Assembly (NCBI GenBank): GCA_051313645.2
Contig: JBNRSN020000007.1
Location: forward strand, 6,386,001-6,450,000
Origin: Centroscyllium fabricii
Lineage: Eukaryota
Reading direction: 5' to 3'
Length of the DNA stretch: 64,000 nt
Positions 12,645 to 25,276 of the stretch are shown one piece after another; the stretch's first letter is position 1; every line of letters begins with the position of its first letter. A program made the translations under genes and the position numbers. The notes beneath the pieces are model-generated. The model worked only from the letters and a program-made list of their open reading frames with translations. It made no database searches and was not told the origin of the DNA.

Positions 12645-13393
12645 GAACCAAAGTATGTATTCAATTGGTCCACCAATTCTTTCTTCCCCATTATAAATTC
12701 CCCCGATTCTGACTCATTGAATGGCGGAGCAGGCTCGAAGGGCCGAATGGCCTACTCCTGCTCCTATCTTCTATGTTTCTATGTTTCTATGTCCTCCTTT
12801 GCTGAATCCGAGACTGCTCCCAATCCTCAGGGTTGCTGCTTTTTTCTGGCCAAATTAGATGTCCTCTCCTTGGATCTTATGCCTTCTCTAATTTCCCTTG
12901 TTAGCCACGGTTGAGTCACTTTTTTTGTTTTATTTTTATGCCAAACAGGGATGATCAAATTCTGCAGTTCATCTATGCGGTCTTTGAAAGTTTGACATTG
13001 CCGATCCACCATCAACCCTTTGAGTGGCATTACCCAATCAATCCTACCCAGCTCGCGTCTCATACCATCATAGTTCCCTTTATTTAAATTCAGGACGTTA
13101 TCTCTGAGTCAACTACTTCACTCTCCATCCTAATGAAGAATTCTTTCATATTATGTTTGTTCCTCCAGAAGGGGCATCACTCAACAAGATTGCTAATTAA
13201 TCCTTTCTCATTACATAATACCCAGTCTAAGATGGATTGATTTCGAGTTGGTTCCGCGATATATTGGTCCAGGAAACCATCCCGTATACACTCCAGGAAT
13301 TCCTCCTCCACAGTATTGTTACTAATTTGGTTAGCCTAATCTATATGTAGATTAAAGTCACCCATGATAACTGCTTTATTAGCCAAAAAAAAA

Positions 13394-14952
13394 ACAGGGC
13401 CTGATGATCTACATCCTAGGGTGCTTAAGGAAGTGGCCCTAGAAATAGTAGATGCATTGCTGGTCATCTTCCAAAATTCTATAGACTCTGGAACAGTACC
13501 CATGAATTGGAGGGTAGCTAATATAACCCCACTATTCAAGAAAGGTGGTAGAGAGAAAACGGGGAATTACAGACCGGTAAGTCTGACATTGGTAGTGGGG
13601 AAAATGCTAGAGTCCATTATAAAAGATGTAATAGCAGAGCACTTGAAAAACAGGATCAGACAAAGTCAACATGGATTTACAAAAGGTAAATCATGCTTGA
13701 CTCATCTACTGGAATTTTTTGAAGATGTAACTGGTAGAAGGGAGAACCAGTGGATGTGGTGTATTTGGACTTTAAGAAAGCTTTTGATAAGGTCCCGCAT
13801 AAGAGATTAGCGTGTAAAGTTTAAGCACATCAGATTGGGGGTAAGGTACTGATTTGGATAGAGAACTGGTTGGCAGATAGGAAGCAAAGAGTTGGAATAA
13901 ATGGCTTTTTCCGAGTGGCAGACTGTGATTAGTGGGGTACTGCAGGGATCGGTGCCAGGACCCAAGCTATTCACAATATATATTAATGATCTAGACGAGG
14001 GAACTAGATGTAATATCTCCAAGTTTGCAGACGACACAAAGCTGAGTGGGCGTGTGCGCTGTGAGGAGGATGCCGAGAAACTCCAGTGTGATTTGGACAG
14101 GTTGTGTGATTGGGCAGAAGCGTGGCAGATGCAATATAATGTGGATAAATGCTAGGCTATCTACTTTAGTGGCAAAAACAGGTAGGCAGATTATTATTTG
14201 AATGGTAATAGGTTGGGAGAAGGGGAAGTGCAATGAGATCTGAGTGTCCTTGTGCACCAGTCGCTGAAGGTGAGCATGCAGGTGCAGCAGGCGGTTAAGA
14301 AGGCAAATTGTATGTTGGCCTTCGTAGCAAGAAGATTCGAGTACAGGAACAAGGATGTCTTGCTGCAGTTGTACAGGGCCTTGGTGAGACCACACCTTGA
14401 GTATTGTGTGCAGTTTTGGTCGCCTTATCTGAGGAAGGATGTTCTTGCCATGGAGGGAGTGCAGAGATGATTCACCAGACTGATACCTGGGATGGCAGGA
14501 ATGACGTACGAGGAGAGATTGGGTGGATTAGGTTTATATTCGCTGGAGTTTAGAAGAATGAGAGGGGATCTCATTTAAACTTAAAACATTCTGACAGGAC
14601 TGGACAGACGAAATGCAGGAAGGATGTTCCCGATGGCGGGGGAGTCCAGAACCAGGGGTCACAATCTAAGGATAAGGGGTAAGCCATTTAGGACAGAGAT
14701 GTGGAGGAATTTCTTCACCCAGAGAGTGGTGAGCCTATGGAATTATCTACCACAGAAGGCAGTAGAGGCCAATTCATTAAATATATTCAAGAAGGAATTG
14801 GATATATTTCTTAAAGCTAAAGCGATCAAGAGATATGGGGAGAAGGCAGGGACAGGGTACTGAGTTTGGATGATCAGCCATGATCTCATTAAATTGTGGA
14901 GCAGGCTCGAGGGGCCGAATGGCCGACTCCTGCTCCTATCTTCTATGTTTCT
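13394..14952 (+). mobile_element. 5'-truncated CR1 (HER1-like) LINE, RT to 3' tail, decayed
   Basis: GPDDLHPRVLKE, NYRPVSLT, QHGF, KFADD, RPHLEYCVQFW; ATGTTTCT tail. Confidence 0.92.
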
Positions 14953-15968
14953 ATTGCAAACATCTCTAATTTCCCATTTAATGCCATCCCCAACCTCAGC
15001 TTTGCTGTTTGGGTGTCTGTATACAACTCCCACTAACATTTTCTGCCCCTTGGTATTTCTCAGCTCTACCCATACAGATTCCACATCATCAGAGCTAATA
15101 TCCTTCCTTACAATTATGTTAATCTCCTCTTTAACCAGCAATGCTACCCCACCTCCTTTTCCTTTTTTTCCTGTCTTTCCTGAATATTGAATGTTGAATT
15201 CCCAGTCTTGGTCACCCTGGAGCCATTATCCCAATTATATCATATCCATTTACATCTATTTGCGCAGCTAATTCGTCCACCTTATTAGGAATGCTCCCGG
15301 CATTAAGACACAAAGGGGTCGATTTTCCCTCAGGTGCGGCGAATTGTCGGGTTCCCCAAATGTCGAGCTTTGTAGGGGGTTTTTGGTCTGCCCAATTGCA
15401 GGGGTCTCTAGTGCCTGTTGGTGTAAGGGGCTTCTGTCTCCTTTATACCCCTTGCAGCTTATGTTAGCCTGCAGGTCGGGTGTCACTAAACACCCTCTAA
15501 GGAGATAGGGAAAGAACAGCTTATAGGGGAGGACTCAATACGGTGGCAGCCCACACAGTTTATACCTAACCTGTGGGGGTATTCTCAAGTCTGGAGTCCT
15601 CTCCCTTTTCCCTAGTCTGCTGTTCCCTGGTTTGGCGGGTTTGAAGCGCCCTAATATTCTTTAAATTGACACTTGGGAGACCGTGCTGTTCGAAAATGCC
15701 CCTCCCCCTCCTTTTTACTCAGTTCTAATCCCGGGACTTATCCAGCAGTGATAAGACAAACGGCAGGCAAAGTCGTGGTTTCATTACAAGAAAATTAATG
15801 GTTTTATTACAGATCTAACAAAACTACAGGTTAAAACGACTACATACATAAGACAGAAACAAAGCTGTGCACTTAACAGAGGGGAGGAAATCGCACGTAT
15901 CGAGGGAAAATCTCTAAAATGACAATTTTAGCAATCCCCTTAAATCTCCTCCCTTAAACCCAGCCTAA

Positions 15969-16569
15969 AGGCCCTGTCACACCTAGACGTTTTAGCCAGC
16001 GTATGCAAATTTGGCTAAAACGCTGGGTTACGTCGGATAAGTTATGGGTACGTTATGCATACGTTACGAGAATGCTGGGCATACGCTGGGCATACGTTGC
16101 ATAAGTCGTTGTACTTCGAGTAAGTCGAGAATTTTTTTGAGCATGCACAAAAAATCTCGACTTATCCAGCGTATGACTCACACGTTCCGCATACGCTGGC
16201 CATACGTTGTAGGCACGTTAGGCGATCATTGAACACACCTTACCTGTGCCCCTGTCATGCCCTGTCACACCTTGATGATTTCGTATGCCAACGTATCAAC
16301 ATTTATCTAAAACGTCGGCGATACGCTGCCGCGCGCTATGCATACGTTAGACTATCGTTGGGCATAAGTTGAGAACGCCGACAACACGCTAAGCATTCGT
16401 TGGTATAAGTTATCTGTAAGTTATCGATACGTTCTGTGTACGTTACTAATACGTTATGCATACGTTATGAATACGCTATTATACGCCCAAAACTGAAAAA
16501 AAGTCAAAAGTTCAGTGTTTTAGCCAAATTTGCATACGCTGGCTAAAACGCCTAGGTGTGACAGGGCCT
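15969..16569. mobile_element. PIF/Harbinger MITE, 601 bp
   Basis: ~53-bp TIRs AGGCCCTGTCACACCTAG(A/G)CGTTTTAGCCAGCGTATGCAAATTTGGCTAAAAC with one mismatch; TAA TSD at 15966-15968 and 16570-16572. Confidence 0.9.
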
Positions 16570-17550
16570 TAACCTAAGATGCCTGCGGCAGTCAGAAAAA
16601 TGATGCTCACCTGCAGAAAGTTGAATAGTGCTGAAGCCTGGCCCTGGATTTTCTGACTGCCTGCTGTTGCGATGGAAGGTCTTCCTTCTGTTGAAAATGG
16701 CAGCCAGGTCTGGAGTCCGGCAGGGCAGGAAGCAGAGAGAGACAGAGAGAGAGCTGAAATAACCCAATTATACTGTTCTGCACCTTTGAACTGGTTTTGC
16801 ACGTAAAATCCGAGACAAAAGGATACAAGGAAGGTTCATCCATTTCAATGGTCAGTGATCACTTTCCTGAGTGGCCATTTAACACCTCCCATTGTGTTGT
16901 TCAAATTTCGATGACTTTGCCTCATTATTTCATTAACATCTACTAGCCGTGATTGGCTTCCAACTGCCGTTCCATTGTTACAATGTCGTTTTTTTAGGCT
17001 TGTTCCAGACTCGGCGGCGCCGGCTGTATCCATATGTAAAATTGTTTCTCCCGCCTGGAAATGTTTTTTCCACTGGGCCCCATTCTCTCAGCATATGAAA
17101 GACAGGCTTGGGTTTTGGGCCACCCGTCAGATCTTCGCATAATCCACACCGGCTGGTCTGTGGGGGCTGTCTAGTTACTTTAAGAGAAGCAGCGATTTAC
17201 TGATCGGCCATTTTTTTTGACATATTATGTGTCCATTTTCTGCCCTGGGCTTTTAAAACAGTCCCGCCAGGGTCTTTACATTATTCTTCTCAACAGAATA
17301 TCGCCACTCTTCTACAGGGGGAACACACACAAAATGTTGTAATCCTTTCAGCTTCCCACACGAATCTAAATGGGTCTGTGAGATTGATGAAATTTTAACT
17401 CAATTGGCCAATTGATATCCAGCGTGTTGGGACCCTTGGTAATTGAGTATTTCCAGTCAGAATGTTCCAGAATATGACGTTGTCATTGCTGCTGCTTTGA
17501 AGGCCCACAGCAAGCCTTGCTTCCTCTGCAGATTTCCAAGCGTACCACCT

Positions 17551-19720
17551 ATGATGGCACAGGAGCCTGCAGGAGCTCTGGCCAGCGGGAGGGCAAGAGC
17601 AGCACCCAAATTTGACGAGGCATCACTGCAGGCATTACTGGATGGAGCGAGGGCCCACAGGGAGGTCCTGTTCCCTTCTTCAGGGAGGAAGAGGCCTCCC
17701 ACTCAGACCAAGGCTGCTTGGCTGCAGGTGGCTGGGGAAGTTAACTCCTGGGGCCTCACAAAGCGCACCTGGATGCAGTGCAGGGAAAGATTCCATGACC
17801 TTCATCGCACTGGAAAAATGAGTATGATGTTTCCATCACCCTCAATCTGATCCCCATTGCCTTTCTTCACTAGCACTCAGCTTTAGCAATCTCTTCCTCC
17901 ACATCCCACTTGACACTGACATCCATGCACCCTTAACCATTCCCTCTCTCTCTATGCTCACAATCACATAACTATTCCACCATGCAGCCCTCACACTCCC
18001 TCTCACTCTGATGCTTTGACCACAACTGACAACACACAGGGAGGACCCTTGGTCTTGCAACCTCACTCCATCTTTGTCTCCCTCGAAGTATCTATGCTAT
18101 GCAATCTCGATCCTCATTCCTTCATTCTCTCTCAACCTCCACTTGTCTCCCTCATTTCAGGAAAAGAGAGCTCACAACAAAAGAGAGCGAGCCAGGACAG
18201 GAGGAGGCCCACCCTCAATAGCCCACCTGACCCCCTGGGAGGAAGCCGTCCTGGAGACAGTAGGGGCTGATGCGGCTGCAGAAGTTGGGGAAGGAGAGAC
18301 AGGTGCATCCCCGCAAGCTGGTGACAGAATATTTATCCATCTCTCTCATTGACTTTGCATGAGTCACTGATAATGGTCCAGAAATTTGGGTCTCCACAGG
18401 TGAGTATGCACGGGGTACTCACAGCTCAATGGCCGGCACGCTAGGTAAGTGTAGGTTGGAGGCTTGCACCCGCGGGAAGCCTCCGACCCAAATTTCTGGG
18501 CCAATGATTCTGAAGCTACATCATATGGACTTATGATCGTCTCCAAAATGCCATGTGCATGAAACCTTGACCTCACATCTCTAACTCTTTCCATATATCC
18601 CCCACAGGACAATTGAGAGCCCCCGTCCCCACTGTGGAGGTGGAAGAGGCTGAGCCGCCAGACTCCTCAGAGGAAGCTGCAACCTCGGAGGGTGCAGTGT
18701 CAGCAGAATTCAGCGCACCCAGCACCAGTGCAGACACTCACACCTCAGGGGGACCTTCAGGACATAGATTAGTGTTGTCACCTGGTGTATCACAGCTCAC
18801 AAGTGAGCATCAGCTGATTGTGGAGATAGGGACAGCAGCAGAGAGTCCTAGTCGGAGGGCGCAGGACTCTGTCAGCTCAGCTCAGCTGCATGTCGACCGT
18901 GTGCCTCTGGGTCCATCCATAAGATCAGAGGTGATGGAACTCCATGCACAGATGCAGGAGTCTCTGGCAGGTTTTGCCTCCAGGGTTGCTGTGAGTTTGG
19001 AGTGAATGGAGGAGTCCATAGAGAACATGAGCAGAGTCTTTATGGAGTCAGTGGTGCATGAACGCATCAACACAGAAAGGATGGCTACCTACGTGGAAAT
19101 GATTGTTGCCTCCGTGGAAAGGCTGGATACCATAGAGGAGAGGATGGCTACGGCCATAGAGAACCTAAGTCGCCAGGGTATGGAAAACATGATGAGTGTT
19201 CAGAATAGAATGACATCTCTCAAGGAGCGATGGGCATCTATTGAACAGAGAAACCAGACTTTCATGGAAGTCCTTCTGAGTAGGACTGCAATTGCAGATT
19301 TGGGTCCCCGTGGCCCCTATGATGTGCAGCAAGGTGCTCATCAGCCACTTGCAGTCACGGAGGGGGACCTGACCCATGAGAGGGAGGTTGGTGGCAGACC
19401 CCAAGGAAGTGGGGGCTCTTCTCCAAGTGCTCACACATCCTTGCCACTGCAGAGCCCTCGGTCAGAGCCCCACCAGAGTCCACACCCAAGTGAGATAGAC
19501 ATCTCAGCTCCTGCACAGCTGTAGGAGCAACAGACTGCTGATGAGCCCTCACAGGCTCGCAGCCCCAGAGGACGCCCGCCAAAGGTGTCGAGACAGGAGC
19601 AGCAGGAAAGTGAGCAAGTGGCCTTCACATCTGCTGATGCCACAGGGGAACCACTACGTAGGAGCATGCGTACGAGGAAAATCAAGCACAAGGGTAGTCC
19701 CTTGGGTGAAATGTTGTGTA
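17551..19720 (+). pseudogene. Three-exon Myb/SANT-like DNA-binding protein of a Harbinger transposon (exons ~17551-17817, 18161-18320, 18608-~19720)
   Basis: APKFDEASLQALL...AWLQVA...RTWMQCRERFHDL trihelix/Myb domain; AG acceptors at 18160 and 18607 keep frame; first donor reads ATGAGT instead of GTGAGT; in-frame stops at 19003 and 19522. Confidence 0.85.
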
Positions 19721-19940
19721 TATGTGAAAATGCCATCAGTTGGTTCTTGTACATAAAAGTTCTGATGGCAACTGTTGCAGTTCTGGCGTGTATCATTTCG
19801 CGATTGGGGCTTCTACATTGAGGGCTTAGGATTACTTGCAGTTGTCAGGATGCTGGTTAAATAGCTAGGAATTCGTAGGGTTTGGCCATTGTCGATGCTC
19901 AGGTAAGAAGCAGCGAGGCTAAAGTCTTTGATGTACTAGG

Positions 19941-21355
19941 CTAAGCAAATATGGCCCAGATGATTGCGTTCCTTGCATCCCGGGCAGCAATGTTCTCGCT
20001 TAATGCTGCCGCTCGTTGATGGTCCTCTGCAGGATGCTCATTTTCGCCCTCCTCCTCCTCCTCAGCTGAGGAGGGTATGTGAGGAGCCACTTGGTCCTCA
20101 GGAATCTGCAAGCTACGACGCTGTGCCATGTTGTGAAGTGCACAGCAAGCCACGACGACTTTGGAGATCCTGGCTGCTGAGTACTGTAGGGCTCCACCTG
20201 ATCTATCCAGGCACCTGAAGTGCATCTTCAGCAAGCTGATGGTTTGCTCGATAATAGATCTGGTGGAAATGTGGCTGGAGTTGTAGCTCTCCTCAGTTTC
20301 ATTGGCTCGCGTCCTCAGTGGCGTCATTAGCCAAGTCCTAAGGGGATATCCCTTGTCTCCAAGTAGCCATACGTGAAGTTCATCTGGCAGCCTGAATATC
20401 GGAGGCACAGTAGACAGGTGCAGTATGAAGGAGCCATGGCAACTGCCAGGGTACTTGGCACAAACATGCAAAATCTCCATCTTGTGGTCACACACCAGCT
20501 GAACATTAAGGGAGTGGAAGCCCTTGCGGTTGCCAAAAATACCTGGATTGTGATGGGGTGCCCTAAGGGCCACATGTGTGCAGTCAACGACACCCTGCAC
20601 CCTTGGAAAGCCTGCCAGATTAGCTAATCCAACTGCTCGCACCCTCACATTTGCATGATTCTTGGTGAAATGGATGTGATTGTGCGCGAGGGCAAAGAGG
20701 GCATCGGTTACCTGTGTGATGCAAGTGTGTGCGGCCGCCTGGGAAATGCCGCTGATGTCTGCTGCTGATCCCTGGAATGAGCTTCAGGCAAAAAAGTTGA
20801 GTGCGGTGGTGACTTTGATGGCCACTGGTAAGGCTTGTCCACCTGGTCCTCTGGGCAGTAGGTCTTGCTGTAACATTGCGCAGATGTCACCTACTACCTG
20901 TCGCGAAAGTCGGAGCCGCCTTTGGCACTGCTGCTTAGTCATGTTGAGGTAGCTGACCCTGTGTCTGTAGACCCTGTTGGGGGGGTATCTCCTGCACCGA
21001 CGGGCTTCCATGCACTGGCCCCTTCTGGCCTGGGCAGTAGGTCTTGCTGTAACATTGCGCAGATGTCACCTACTACCTGTCGTGAAAGTCGGAGCCGCCT
21101 TTGGCACTGCTGCTTAGTCATGTTGAGGTAGCTGACCCTGTGCCTGTAGACCCTGTTGGGGGGGTATCTCCTGCGCCGACAGGCTTCCATGCACTTGCCC
21201 CTTCTGGCCTGTGCTGCCTCCGGATGGTGAGCAGGAGCCTGCCTCTCCTGCTGCTGCTGTTGTTGGTGCTGCTGTTGTTCCTGGTTCTGCTGCTGCCACA
21301 CCTGGTGCTAGAGCTCCTCTAATGCCAAGAAGGGAAGGAAATAAAGGCCTCCCAT
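19941..21355 (-). pseudogene. Harbinger (HARBI1-like) DDE transposase, disrupted
   Basis: [43 protein letters not shown]; stops, a frameshift near 20650 and a 179-bp tandem duplication. Confidence 0.92.
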
Positions 21356-22080
21356 GCTTCTGGTAGATGCCTCAGTTGAGGACGTGCTGAGTGAGGGTGG
21401 TGAGAGGGGTTTCCCAGGAGTTCACACTGGAGATGTGTGTGAGGCTCCAACCTTCCACATATGTGGTTAAGCCTGGAACAAGTTGCCCCAGGCCTGAAAC
21501 AACAAGGTCCTGCCACCTGCAAATGATGGCTGATGAGATCTCATCTTTTATGGTTGACCTGCAGCTGATCGTCAGCAAGCCAATAGTGCTCACGCCAGGT
21601 TTCACAGGTGTGGTTCCCACCAGGCGTGTATTACGTGGGGAAAACGGTTAAAATATCAAGGGCCTGTTAAAATGGCATTATAAAGGCCAATTAGTGCTGA
21701 TTAAGTGCCCTAAAGACCATTCCTGCCGGTTGCAGGCAGGGATGATTCGGGTCGATCAGACACGCCTGGGTTAAAATGGCTAGGAGTGAGGAACCAGGCG
21801 GGGGGGGTGCGACCCCCACTTTTTGCGATTTTAACCCACCACACGCCTCAAAGCCTGCCTGATGGCTGAGGGAAAATCAACTCCAAAGCCTTCCGGCTTG
21901 ATTTTGTAACACTCTTAGTCCTTTTAGACTTATTATTTACTGTGGCCCTGTTTGATTTAGACCCTTGATATTTCTGACTTACACTATTGCTTTTCTCCTT
22001 AGTGTTATTTGTTTCTATCCTTGCTTCACTTTCCTCTGTCTCACTGCACAGGTTGCCAAACCCCTGCCATTTTAGTATAA

Positions 22081-23222
22081 TACCTCCCCAACAGTACTAG
22101 CAAACACCCACAGTACTGCCCCTCCGACAGTGTAGCGCTCCCTCAGTATTGTGCCTCCGAAAGTGCAGAACTCCCTCAGTACTGCCCCTCCGACAGTGCG
22201 GCGCTCCCTCAGTACTGCTCCTCCGACAGTGTGGTGCTCCCTCAGTACTGCCCCTCTGACAGTGTGGCGCTCCCTCAGTACTGCCCCTCTGACACTGCAG
22301 CACTCCCTTAGTACTGCCCCTCCAACAGTGCGGCGCTCCCTCACTACTGCCCCTCCAATGGTGCGGCACTCCCTCAGTACTGACCCTCCAACAGTGCGGC
22401 GGTCGCTCAGTACTGCCCCTCCGACAGTGCAGCACTCCCTCAGTACTGTACCTCCGACAGTGCAGCGCTATTCAGTGCTGCCCCTCCGACAGTGCTGCTC
22501 TCCCTCAGTATTGCCCCTCCAACAGTGCGGCGGTCGCTCAGTACTGACCCTCCGACAGTGCAGCACTCCCTCAGTACTGCCCCTCCGACAGTGCGGTGCT
22601 CACTCAGTACTGCCCCTTCAACAGTGCAGCACTCCCTCAGTACTGCCCCTCCGACAGTGCGGCATTCCCTCAGTACTGCCCCTCCGACAGTGCGGCGCTC
22701 ACTCAGTACTGCGCCTTCAACAGTGCAGCACTCCCTCAGTACTGCCCCTCCAACAGTGCGGCGCTCACTCAGTACTGCCCCTTCAACAGTGCAGCGCTCC
22801 CTCAGTACTACCCCTCCGACAGTGCAGCGCTCCCTCAGCATTGACCTTCCGACAGTGCGGGGCTCCCTCAGTACTGCCCCTCTGACAGTGCGGCACTCCC
22901 TCAGTACTGCCCCTCCGACAGTGCAGCGCTCCCTCAGTACTGCCCCTCCGACAGTGCGGCGCTCACTCAGTACTGCCCCTTCAACAGTGCAGCACTCCCT
23001 CAGTACTGCCCCTCCGACAGTGCGGTGCTCCCTCAGTACTGCCCCTCCGACAGTGCAGCGCTCCCTCAGTACTGCCCCTTCGAAAGTGCTGCACACCCTC
23101 AGTACTGTTCCTCCGAAAGTGCTGCACTCCCTCAGTCCTGCCCCTCCGAAAGTGCAGTCCTCCACCAGTACTGTTCCTCCGACAGTGCGGCGCTCTCTCA
23201 GTACTGCCCCTCCGACAGTCCA
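22081..23222. repeat. 33-bp minisatellite, about 34 copies
   Basis: Unit CCCTCAGTACTGCCCCTCCGACAGTGCGGCGCT. Confidence 0.95.
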
Positions 23223-23399
23223 GGACTCCATCAGTCCTCTTTGCCATTAGTTGCAGATATTCACCAAACAATATCACTGTTTTGTCCATATTATCATAGA
23301 TTCAACAACCAACACATTCCTAATGTGGGTTTTATCAGGTATTTGAAGACCATGGGGTCTTTGTAACGTGAAACGGGTGATAGCGACTCAGCAGCTGTC

Positions 23400-23690
23400 A
23401 AGCCATCAATATAAGATAGTCACAATAAATCCAAGAGGGAATTCACTTGAAACTTCTTTAACCAGAGAGTGGTGTGAATGTGGAACTCGCTAACAAGGGA
23501 GTGGTTGAAGCGAATAGTATCGATGCATTTAAGGGGAGGCTGGACAAGCCTATGAGGGAGACGGGAATCGAGGGTTACGCTGATAGATTTAGATGAGGAA
23601 AGACAGGAGGAGGCTCGAGTGGAGCATAAACACCGACACGGACTGGTTGGGCCGAATGGCCTGTTTCTGTGCCGTATATCCTGTGTCAGC
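23400..23690 (+). mobile_element. CR1 3' end fragment (different subfamily)
   Basis: AACTTCTTTAACCAGAGAGTGGTG...TGGAACTCGC and GGGCCGAATGGCCTGTTTCTGTG tail. Confidence 0.75.
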
Positions 23691-23751
23691 CGATGTATAC
23701 AAGTGAATGGAAAATAAATTAAGCCAGAGTGTAAATCGGAGGATGTAAAAT

Positions 23752-25060
23752 GGGGTGGGGGGTTAAATCATGGAGGGGGTAAATCTCAGGGGGTAAATCA
23801 TGGGGGTAAATATTGGGGGTTAAATCGTGGTGGTTAAACCATGGGGTAAATCTCAGGGGGTAAATCGTGGGGGTAAATATTGGGGGTTAAATCGTGGTGG
23901 TTACACCATGGGGTAACTCGCGTGGGCTAAATCACGGTGGTAAATCACGGGCGTGAAATCGTGAGTGTAAATCACAGGGGGTAAAGTGCACGGGATAAAT
24001 CACAGGGTAAATTGTGGGGGTAAATCGCGGGGGTTAAATCGTGGGGGTTATTCGCAGGGGGTAAATCGTGGGGTGTAAATGATGTGGTGACAGGTTGTAA
24101 ATAACAGAGGGCAAATCACAGCGTTAAATCTTGGGGGTAAATCACAGGGGGTAATCTTGGGGGTAAATCACATGGTTAAATCTCACAGGTAAATCGCAGG
24201 GGGTAAATTGCGGGGGGTAAATTGCGGGAGTAAATTGCAGGGGGTAAATCGCAGGGGGTAAATCACAGGGGGTAAAGTGTGGGGCATAAATCACAGGTGG
24301 TAAATTGTGGGGGGTAAATCACGGGGGGGGGGAAACCTGGCAGCAAAATCATGGGGTAAATCACGGGGGTAAATTGTTGCGGGTAAATCACGGGGTTAAA
24401 TCTTGGGGGTAAATCGCAGGGGGTAAGTCGCATTGATAAATCACGGTGGGGTAAGTTGTGGGGCCTAAATCACTGGGGTAAATCACAGGGGTTAAATCGT
24501 GGGGGTAAATCACGGGGCATTTATCGTGGGGGGTATACCATGGGGGGTTAAATCGTGGGGGTAAATCGTGGGGGGTTAATCGTGGGGGGTAAATTGTGAG
24601 GGTAAATCGTGGGGGGTTAATCGTGGGGGTTAAATCACAGGGTTTAAATCATGGGGGTAAATCACAGGGGGTTAATCGTGGGGAGTAAATTGCAGAGGGG
24701 TAAATCGTGTGGGGTAAATCATGGGTGGTGGGTTGTAAATAATGCAGGGTAAAGCACAGGGGGTAAATTGCAGGGGGTAAATCGCAGGGGGTAAATCACG
24801 AGCGTTAAATCGTGGGGGTAAATCACGAGTGTTAAATCGTGGGGGTAAATCGCGAGTGTTAAATCGTGGGGGTAAATCGCGAGTGTTAAATCGTGGGGGT
24901 AAATCGCGAGTGTTAAATCGTGGGGGTAAATCACGGGGGTTAAATCGTGGGGGTAAATCGCGAGTGTTAAATCGTGGGGATAAATCACGGGAGGTAGATC
25001 GTGGGGAGGTGGGTTGCAAATCACGGAAGATAAATCACGGGGGGTGGGGGCGGGGGCAGG
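23752..25060. repeat. G-rich degenerate minisatellite (GGGGTAAATCGTG-like, ~13-14 bp, with a 27-bp higher-order block near 24790-24980)
   Basis: Direct reading of repeated GGGG(G)TAAATC units. Confidence 0.9.
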
Positions 25061-25276
25061 TTGTAAATCGAACAGCCAATTCCCTGGCGCCCATTTTGTG
25101 GTTCCGTCAAAGCCCAATTTTACACTAACCCTAAATTTGCATTCTCAGAATCTTATTCAGCTGATAATTTCCGCAGCCCGCCTCCCGGTTGCCTTTGGCT
25201 TGATTCTATGTTGCGAAAAAGCAAAATTCTCCAACTTTCTTCAAGAAGCCAATAAGTTCTCAAGCCTGAAATTTCT

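Larger units (their letters stand above)
5220..15310 (-). mobile_element. CR1 (HER1-like) LINE hosting the Gypsy element, a short CR1 tail (~12710-12790) and a plus-strand CR1
   Basis: 3' tail at 5220; RT ORFs 5312-5683 and 5708-6244 (SGVPQ, KFADD); colinear continuation at 12650-13380 and endonuclease at 14953-15310. Confidence 0.85.

Noticed and set aside
19941-20648. Host HARBI1 gene
   Set aside because: Frameshift, stops, adjacent Myb partner and several related copies indicate a transposon, not the domesticated gene.
22072-23366. Long ORFs (244-263 aa) on both strands
   Set aside because: Products of a 33-bp minisatellite lacking stops; no evidence of coding.
23752-25060. Interstitial telomeric repeat
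   Set aside because: The unit is GGGGTAAATC-like, not TTAGGG.
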